Shown here in pieces: positions 25,633 to 32,000 of a stretch of DNA of 32,000 nucleotides (the stretch's first letter is position 1; each line of letters begins with the position of its first letter). The position numbers were made by a program, and so were the translations under genes. This DNA comes from Pseudomonas sp. GWSMS-1 (GTDB lineage Bacteria; Pseudomonadota; Gammaproteobacteria; Pseudomonadales; Pseudomonadaceae), in assembly GCF_049847425.1 (NCBI RefSeq), contig NZ_JBMHHV010000005.1, forward strand, positions 1,242,791 through 1,274,790, given 5' to 3'. The notes below the pieces were generated by a model, which was not told the DNA's origin, searched no databases, and saw nothing but the letters and a program-made list of their open reading frames with translations.

Positions 25633-28191
25633 ATGGCAACGCACAACGATGCTACCGGGTATCTCCTCGCCTATCGCGATACCGTCAATGAGGTGTGGTT
25701 CCACGCCATCTGCGACCACGCAATACAGTCTAATGGGGAGCCACTCGTTGACTCGGATCTCGAAAAGCTCTGGAACTACTTTCTCGGAACCGAAGCGTTC
25801 AGCCCTGTGGCTGCCACACCTCCTCAGTTGGCTTTACCTGCCAAGGCCGCCGCGCAGACTTACCACCTAGAGCAACTAACCGCATTCCGAAACTTCAAGC
25901 GTCTGAGCCCATCTCTTACGCTCGACTTGCCTAAAAAAGTAACTTTGATTTTCGGTAAAAATGGCGCGGGGAAGTCCAGCCTCTGCCAGGCACTGAAAGT
26001 ACTATCTAATCCCGAAAAGCCAAAAGAGCCGCTTACCAACGTCAGAAGCAAAGCAAAGGTACTGGCCTCGTTTGGATATAAATTCAAAGACTTACCGAGC
26101 ATACAGAACTGGAGCGAGCTAGATGGCTACGGCGTGCAAGCACAAGCACTTAAGTATTTTGACTCAACCATTGCCATAAAACACGCGACAGGCTCGTTAA
26201 ACCCAGAGGCTGTCGTTGAGATCTCTGTATTTCGGCTGGAATGCTTCGAGTACGCAAAGAATTACATCAAGCAATTTCAACAGTTTTGCCTGACAAAAAT
26301 CGACGCAACACGAAATAGTACAAATCTGGCGATCACTGCTCTTAAAAACAGGGTCGTTACTTCTATCGACATTGCCACTGGCGAGTTCGCCAGTTGGGAG
26401 GCGACCAATACGCGCCCCATGCTGACGTGGATATCAAGCATACCCGCCTACGACCCAGCTACAAAAGAAACTAGAACCCAGCAACAGCAGCTACTCCAGC
26501 AACTTACTGCCGCTACGAGCCAGGAAGGGAAAAAATCGCTTCAAGCAGAACAATCACTGTTATCTCAGTTCGTGTCCACCCTGCGTTTGTTTAAGTCAAC
26601 TTGCGAAAAGTATTCCCCTGCCGAGGTAGTTCTGGTCATGAACACACTTCAGCAAAAGCAGGCCGCAAGCATAGAGTTAGGCCGCGCCGTTTTTCCTGAA
26701 GGGACTGACCCTCAACTGCACCAGAAATTAATCTTTGCAGCAAATAACTCTACGCCGTTGTTAACAGCGCAGTCATGCCCACTCTGCCTTCAGGAAGTTT
26801 CGCAGACACGCAGCGTGCTCTTCAAAAGCTATCATGAGTACCTGATATCTACTCTGCATGCAGAAATCGACCAACTCAAAGCACGCCAGGATAAGTTAAA
26901 TGAAGCGTATGCTGTGGTCTACAATCTTCAGAAACCAGATACTTTGATTTACACACCTCACTTTTCTCCCGAGTTCATACTGGGCTTGAATGCCACTTTA
27001 GATCGCATTGACAGTGCGATTCGCGAGAAAACCATAACCGATGAAATGATCGAGGATTACTCGCAATACCTGCAAATCGATGACTATATCGACAAAATCT
27101 CCGAGCGCCATACGCAAATTACTTCAGCTCTTTCGCTAGCCTCTGCCGACCTCGATAAAACACAAGCCGAAATTAATAGGCTGCAAAATGCGATTAGTTT
27201 AGACATCGTCTATGAGGCCGCCTTCAGCATTAAGGAGGATGCCGTCGCGCTATGCAATGCAGCTATTAGCTTCGAGGAGGCAGCAGAAGTTGTAAACGGC
27301 TTCAACTTCACTCCCCGCCTGGCTGCGGTGACTGCAAGGATGAAGGAAGCCCATACCGAGTTGGTTTTGAATTCGTTTATTCCTCACCTTGATAACGAAT
27401 ATAAAAGGCTGAGCGGCTCATCTTTAGAGCAGATGGGCGTCAAACTCGCCACCCAAGGGGCGGAGGCCATCGTTACACCTAAGGTTGGTGACAGCCCAGT
27501 ACATCGGGTGCTCAGCGAAGGTGAACAGAAGGTGCATGCTCTAGCAGTATTTATGTGCGAGGCATCGACCACGGCACATCAAGTGCTAGTTCTGGATGAT
27601 CCTGTCACCAGCTTTGACTACAACTACGTCTCGAACTTCTGCGAAAGACTGAGAGACTATGTACGGGACAACCCTAGCGCCCAAATTATCATCCTTACCC
27701 ATAACTGGGACTTTTTTGCCAATCTTCAGTCGACGTTTAACCGCTCAGGCTTGGATCATTGCTTGTCAGTGCAGGTGCTTGAAGACTGTTCAACAGTGTC
27801 TGAGTACGTCGAAAAATGGGACGAATTGTGCTCACAGATAGAAGCGTACACCGGCTCGTCCGATGAGCCCTCCAGCGCCGAGAAAGAACACCTTTCCGGC
27901 CTCCTTCGCAGGCTGATTGAGCGCATCACTAATGGCTATGTATTCAACGAACAGCGCCATCAGTACAAACACAAAGGTCTGAATATTTCGACCTTCCATC
28001 AATTTACAAAGCTTGTCCCTCTTCTGCCTCAAGAGGCTGACAAACTCAGAGATCTTTATTCAAACCTCAGTCCCACCGAGCATGATGATATTCGCAATTT
28101 TTATTCAGGAAAGTCGCGCGACCAATTTAAATCTTGGTATGACGATCTAATTACCATGAAGGCCGCCTTACTGGCGAGGAAGCCGAAATGA
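25633..28191 (+). CDS. AAA_13-type ABC-like ATPase with a coiled-coil insert and CxxC hook; RloC/PrrC-like putative anticodon nuclease
   Basis: 852 aa. Walker A is GKNGAGKSS. A long Q/L/E-rich helical insert carries CPLC (nt 26776-26787). The ABC signature is LSEGEQK, Walker B is VLVLDDPVTSFD, then LTHNWDF. The C-terminal region has LLRRLIERITNGY and a downstream TEHDD. AAGGA lies 9 nt before the ATG. Confidence 0.6.
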   Translation: MATHNDATGYLLAYRDTVNEVWFHAICDHAIQSNGEPLVDSDLEKLWNYFLGTEAFSPVAATPPQLALPAKAAAQTYHLEQLTAFRNFKRLSPSLTLDLPKKVTLIFGKNGAGKSSLCQALKVLSNPEKPKEPLTNVRSKAKVLASFGYKFKDLPSIQNWSELDGYGVQAQALKYFDSTIAIKHATGSLNPEAVVEISVFRLECFEYAKNYIKQFQQFCLTKIDATRNSTNLAITALKNRVVTSIDIATGEFASWEATNTRPMLTWISSIPAYDPATKETRTQQQQLLQQLTAATSQEGKKSLQAEQSLLSQFVSTLRLFKSTCEKYSPAEVVLVMNTLQQKQAASIELGRAVFPEGTDPQLHQKLIFAANNSTPLLTAQSCPLCLQEVSQTRSVLFKSYHEYLISTLHAEIDQLKARQDKLNEAYAVVYNLQKPDTLIYTPHFSPEFILGLNATLDRIDSAIREKTITDEMIEDYSQYLQIDDYIDKISERHTQITSALSLASADLDKTQAEINRLQNAISLDIVYEAAFSIKEDAVALCNAAISFEEAAEVVNGFNFTPRLAAVTARMKEAHTELVLNSFIPHLDNEYKRLSGSSLEQMGVKLATQGAEAIVTPKVGDSPVHRVLSEGEQKVHALAVFMCEASTTAHQVLVLDDPVTSFDYNYVSNFCERLRDYVRDNPSAQIIILTHNWDFFANLQSTFNRSGLDHCLSVQVLEDCSTVSEYVEKWDELCSQIEAYTGSSDEPSSAEKEHLSGLLRRLIERITNGYVFNEQRHQYKHKGLNISTFHQFTKLVPLLPQEADKLRDLYSNLSPTEHDDIRNFYSGKSRDQFKSWYDDLITMKAALLARKPK

Positions 28192-28261
28192 ATGTAGATA
28201 GTTGCAACGTATATTCTGAGCGTGACCGAATGTAAGAGTTGGTTTTCCCTAGTCTGAGCGC

Positions 28262-28315
28262 CCGCTTCTGGCCGCTCTGAGCCTGTCACATCAGGCAGGA
28301 GAAGGCCAGAAGCGG
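28262..28315. terminator. Nested hairpin between convergent genes (12-bp outer arms, 5-bp inner stem)
   Basis: CCGCTTCTGGCC (28262-28273) pairs with GGCCAGAAGCGG (28304-28315). Inside, GCCTG (28281-28285) pairs with CAGGC (28292-28296). No U-tract follows, so its function as a terminator is uncertain. Confidence 0.4.
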
Positions 28316-28345
28316 TCATTGAGTGTTTATGAATTCAGCTGCAAT

Positions 28346-29851
28346 TCAGGTGGCCGCTTGCGCATCTGGGATTGTGGCGATTCGAAGCTCACCAAGCAGG
28401 TGTTTATATCCGGTTAGAAAACGACTGAAACTATGTCCAGAACCGAGAGACCTACGTGACCAACGCAGAGCACTCCATCCGGCATCTATTAGATCGGATG
28501 CAGCAAAAACGAATTCAAGCGTATCTGTTAAAAAGGCCAGGAAAGGTTCAATTTTTTCGTATTCAAGCCCATCCAAACTACCATGCACAAAGTAATTTCG
28601 AAGTTTGACGGCAATACCAGCAGCGAACGCAAGATCAGGGACTTTATCCCCCAACTGACTCTCCACGATGGTTGCACGGTAAAACACTTTTTTGGGCAGC
28701 GATGGCTGCCCCATTCGGCCTAACGCTCCAAGCACGCTATCTCGATCAACACCTTGTGGAATTTTTCTGAGCAGTTCCCTACAAGCTCGCTTTGCCTCAG
28801 CAAGTTCTGGAGATAGTTGGTTTTTAGCTGGCGCTGCATCTGCGGGAAGAATGTCGAACATATTCGCAGCGGCCACAAGCCGGTCAAAATCGTAATTATT
28901 TCCTTTTCGAAGGCAGCCTAGATATCGCGTTCGTGCTGTATGCCACGATTCGTGGCGTTCAACCCAGTTGGCCAAGACGGCACGGAACTCTTCTGGGGCA
29001 TGAATCGGATCTAGTGGCACGTCTCCGGGATGAGGCTTGTAGTACTCGCTTTTCCGACCAGTTTTCCATGGGAAGCAAGGAAATACTGAAAGCACTACTG
29101 GAACGCCGTCAACCGACTGCGAAGTTTCTAGTTGAATGTGTTTTATACCTTGAGCGCGCCCTGCCACTACGGAAAGAAAGCAACCAATGTCATACATTCT
29201 CTGGAGACTTTCAGAGAATGTGGCTGGCTCGCTGGGCTCTATCGACACAACCATCCTGTTTTTGATGTAGACACCGGCAGGCCCTCCCATGCCATAGCTT
29301 GGCCGGTGATGGACTGAAATCTTGCCTATGGACGATGGAGCCTCAATCACACAACCCTTGCCCGTGTAGTAAGAAACTATTGGATGCTCGCCGGCTTGGA
29401 CAGGACGCATCTTACGGCGCTCTTCGAGAACAGAATCGATAATTGGGAGGGCATTTATAACAGTGCTGAATGCATCAAAGTCATAGAACAGATCCTGCAA
29501 ATCCGTAGCTGTAAAGTGAATTGCTTTGATGCATGACGCCTCTGGATCAAGATGTGAGGAGCCAATTGATACATAGTGTGGAAGGATGTCAGCGTGATAC
29601 TGGCATGAACCATCCGTTGAATAGCGCGCCCCATGCCCCGAGCTAAGACAATCGATAAGAGTGATGTAGTCCCCTGTGTAAGCGATCCCTTTTACATGCT
29701 CAACGTTTCCCACATGAAGGGGCTCATTGGCATGAACCTTCAAGATTGTGCCTTCTCCATCGAGTGCTAACTCACCGACCAGGTTTTGATCACTGGATAT
29801 CTGGTAAGTCCCGAGGTAGCGATTAGAAGAGCTTCCTTTCGTCTTTTTCAT
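28346..29851 (-). CDS. ApeA-like HEPN-domain protein (predicted abortive-infection RNase)
   Basis: The start was moved to the ATG at 29851, with AGGA 6 nt upstream. The C-terminal helix region has the HEPN motif KLRNYFVHGS (R at 28598-28600, H at 28583-28585). The N-terminal beta-rich part (LVGELALDGEGTILKV...GIAYTGDYITLIDC) resembles the ApeA N-terminal domain as I recall it. Confidence 0.5.
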   Translation of the reverse strand: MKKTKGSSSNRYLGTYQISSDQNLVGELALDGEGTILKVHANEPLHVGNVEHVKGIAYTGDYITLIDCLSSGHGARYSTDGSCQYHADILPHYVSIGSSHLDPEASCIKAIHFTATDLQDLFYDFDAFSTVINALPIIDSVLEERRKMRPVQAGEHPIVSYYTGKGCVIEAPSSIGKISVHHRPSYGMGGPAGVYIKNRMVVSIEPSEPATFSESLQRMYDIGCFLSVVAGRAQGIKHIQLETSQSVDGVPVVLSVFPCFPWKTGRKSEYYKPHPGDVPLDPIHAPEEFRAVLANWVERHESWHTARTRYLGCLRKGNNYDFDRLVAAANMFDILPADAAPAKNQLSPELAEAKRACRELLRKIPQGVDRDSVLGALGRMGQPSLPKKVFYRATIVESQLGDKVPDLAFAAGIAVKLRNYFVHGSLDGLEYEKIEPFLAFLTDTLEFVFAASDLIDAGWSALRWSRRSLGSGHSFSRFLTGYKHLLGELRIATIPDAQAAT

Positions 29852-30040
29852 GGGCATCCTAGTATGGTTACCAAAACCGGTTACAGGCAACACTCAGTCA
29901 GAATATTTAGGGCTTACGACAAGCTCAAGTCACCATTATTATGCCTGCCTTTAGCAGGATCTAACATGTCGCAATAGGCTAGACCCGGCCAGTAGACACA
30001 ACTCGGACGCATCTAAAAATTTAGAAGTAATTCAGCGGGA

Positions 30041-30056
30041 TAATCGCATGCGATTA
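30041..30056. promoter_or_regulatory. Perfect 16-bp palindrome TAATCGCATGCGATTA overlapping the stop codon of the upstream minus-strand gene
   Basis: Read directly. It lies about 190 nt upstream of the ApeA-like gene start on the same strand. Confidence 0.3.
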
Positions 30057-30437
30057 CATACACCTGTTTGCCAGCTCAACTTTGATGTCGTCTTTTGTCT
30101 GCTCTTTTAGGAAATCAAGCAACTGCTCTCCAGTGTAAAGATGGAGGGAGATCACGCTTTTCGTCCAGCACAGAAGTTGTGATTCCATGTCAACTCCTCC
30201 CGAAGTGAAGTACTCGCGACCAAGATAGCGTATTGGCTGCCCATTTGCATTGCAATCGCGCCAGGGTACAAAAGCGTAGTGAAGCGGTAGCTCATTTATC
30301 TCCCCTGTCTGACAGCCAACATATATTTTTTCAAGCTCCAAGGCTGCGGTGCTGTGTACTAAGTCATGACGAAACTGAATTAATGAAGACGCTCCTGGCA
30401 AGTCTTCCCATTTGTTTATAATCGGCGGCGGCAAAAA
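30054..30437 (-). pseudogene. 3' segment of an Rx4H (HEPN-like) protein gene interrupted by the IS30-family element
   Basis: The frame is open from the IS boundary and there is no ATG near the 5' end (the track start is a TTG at the boundary). It contains LIQFRHDLVHS (R at 30369-30371, H at 30354-30356). Confidence 0.55.
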
Positions 30438-31522
30438 CTGAGTGCAACACCTGACCTTTCCGGTACGGTGCTGCCCCTATGTCTTATTCCGAACTCAGCG
30501 TTGAAGAACGCGCCACCATTCAAATCAGCCGTGCCCAAGGGTTCAGCCTGCGCAAGATTGCTTGCTTGATCACCCGATCCCCTTCGACCATCAGCCGGGA
30601 GCTGCGCCGCAATCGAGATGTCTGTGGTGGCTACTCGGCCCGCATGGCCCAGCAGCAGATGCAGGCCCGCCGCCAAGGCTGTCGACCGAAACGAAAGCTG
30701 TTGCCGGGTGGTGAGCGCTTTCAGTTGGTGGCCCATATGCTGCGCGAGCGTTTGTCTCCCGAGCAGATTGCCGGCAAGCTGCGCAGCATGAACATTCCCA
30801 GCCTCAGAGATGCATACGTCTGTCGCGAGACGATCTATAACGCCATCTATGCCTTGCCGGTCGGCGAGCTGCGTAAGGAGCTGATCATCTGCCTGCGCCA
30901 AAGTAAGACGACGCGCCGGCCGCGCTCTGGCGGCGTGGATCGGCGTGGCCAGATCCCCGAGATGGTCAGCATCCATGTGCGCCCACCGGAGATCGAAGAC
31001 CGACTGATGCCAGGGCATTGGGAAGGCGATCTGATCAAGGGCAAGGCCAACGCCTCGTCTGTAGGCACGCTGGTAGAGCGCACCAGTGGCTACCTGATGC
31101 TGGTAAAGATGAACGACGCGACGGCGACCTCGGCGATGGAAGGCTTCAGTGCAGCGCTCAATGGCATGCCGCTGGCGATGCGCAAGAGCATGACCTACGA
31201 CCAGGGCCGAGAAATGGCGCGGCATGCTGAAATCACCCAGCAGACCGGGGTGGCGATTTACTTCTGCGATCCGCATAGCCCTTGGCAACGCGGCAGCAAC
31301 GAAAACATCAATGGCCTGATCCGCCAGTACCTGCCCAAGGGCACGGACTTGTCGGTACACAGCCAAGAAGAACTCGACGCTATTGCACTGCAACTGAACA
31401 TGCGACCGCGTAAGCGCTTCGACTTCAAGTGCCCCATCGAAGTTATGGGTGAGGTGATGCAGAAGGCCATGGCTATGCGGCATGATGCTCCAGCTTCAAT
31501 TCAATGACCGTGTTGCACTCAG
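30438..31522 (+). mobile_element. IS30-family insertion sequence (1085 bp)
   Basis: The terminal inverted repeat CTGAGTGCAACAC occurs at 30438-30450, and its reverse complement GTGTTGCACTCAG at 31510-31522. A single transposase ORF fills the element. Confidence 0.85.
30479..31507 (+). CDS. IS30-family DDE transposase
   Basis: 342 aa. The N-terminal HTH is LSVEERATIQISRAQGFSLRKIACLITRSPSTISRELRRN. The DDE region is HWEGDLI ... MTYDQGREM ... NENINGLIRQYLPKG. Confidence 0.9.
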   Translation: MSYSELSVEERATIQISRAQGFSLRKIACLITRSPSTISRELRRNRDVCGGYSARMAQQQMQARRQGCRPKRKLLPGGERFQLVAHMLRERLSPEQIAGKLRSMNIPSLRDAYVCRETIYNAIYALPVGELRKELIICLRQSKTTRRPRSGGVDRRGQIPEMVSIHVRPPEIEDRLMPGHWEGDLIKGKANASSVGTLVERTSGYLMLVKMNDATATSAMEGFSAALNGMPLAMRKSMTYDQGREMARHAEITQQTGVAIYFCDPHSPWQRGSNENINGLIRQYLPKGTDLSVHSQEELDAIALQLNMRPRKRFDFKCPIEVMGEVMQKAMAMRHDAPASIQ

Positions 31523-32000
31523 CTCCTGCAACCGCCATCGCTTTAAAGAAATCTTGAGGGAGAGTGTTTGCTTTTGTCTTATAGAGATCGGAAAAATGTT
31601 TTCCTTGGGTTGATTTAAATTTTTCAGTGGGGCGAGAGCTGGCATTAACAAAGTGAATTAGCTTGCTCATGATATCGAGAGATGTGCATAGAGAGATTAC
31701 ACATATCGTAGCAAGGCTTGCCGCTTGATAAGACTTTGGCCCGGAATGAACAATCTCTGAGACGTCCATATGTTCACGAGCCCAGTTTTCCTCAGCTATT
31801 GTCGCACGCTGGACTATAAGAAAATCAAGAAGCGACCGAATCGACCGATTAAGAAGAGCCATTAGATCGCTACACATGCGCTCAATTTGAATATGCGAAA
31901 GTCTAATGGCTATGCAGCTTGGGGTGAAAGGCACCGTGGAGTTAATTGCAGCAGTAGAAATATGTTTATCAATGAACTCTAGGACGTCTTTGCTGCCGCT
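31523..32000 (-). pseudogene. Upstream segment of the IS30-interrupted gene (continues beyond the window end)
   Basis: The minus-strand frame is open from nt 32000 (SGSKDVLEFIDKHISTAAINSTVPFTP...) down into the IS, with no stop before the boundary. It has the same AT-rich composition as 30054-30437. Confidence 0.55.

Noticed and set aside
25559-25870. 103-aa plus-strand ORF overlapping the start of the RloC-like gene
   Set aside because: It is out of frame with, and largely inside, the 852-aa gene. That gene has a good ribosome-binding site and ATPase motifs, and this ORF has no independent support.
30416-31483. 355-aa ORF antisense to the IS30-family transposase
   Set aside because: It is a shadow ORF covering the transposase gene almost exactly. 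It has Arg/Ala/His-rich low-information composition, and the sense strand carries clear HTH and DDE motifs.
1-32000. CRISPR arrays, rRNA genes, retron-like or other long structured repeats
   Set aside because: The only short direct repeats are 2-3 unit tandems (14503-14526, 14761-14790, 6200-6259). There is no repeat-spacer periodicity and no rRNA-like sequence.

Overview
Mostly accessory, high-GC proteobacterial DNA; Pseudomonas-type REP hairpins sit next to tyrS. No searches were run, so every family assignment is motif recognition by eye. (1) 1-9987: one translationally chained type I R-M operon, hsdM(partial)-DUF1016 nuclease-hsdS-[3.7 kb cargo]-hsdR. The cargo is a DUF262 gene broken by a T6-tract frameshift plus a DUF262+DUF1524 GmrSD-like gene. 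It is bounded by a diverged 75-nt duplicate of the hsdR 5' end. (2) 10033-16026: integrase remnant, REP pair, tyrS, a DUF1311 gene, a P4-type integrase, an orphan tRNA 3'-end/att-like segment with phased repeats, a lambda-type integrase and a truncated xis. (3) 16027-25390: two 2605-bp IS21-family copies in inverted orientation bracket a stranded BREX fragment (5'-truncated abiEii-like gene, intact pglZ, brxL cut after 168 codons). None of the four IS junctions shows a target duplication. (4) 25391-32000: a visibly AT-richer island with three predicted RNA-targeting effectors: an RloC/PrrC-like AAA_13 ATPase with a CxxC hook, an ApeA-like HEPN protein (RNYFVH), and a second Rx4H protein split by an IS30-family element. 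No rRNA, complete tRNA or CRISPR array was seen. The best candidates for undescribed biology are the DUF262 pair wired into the hsd operon and the RloC-like/HEPN/HEPN cluster.
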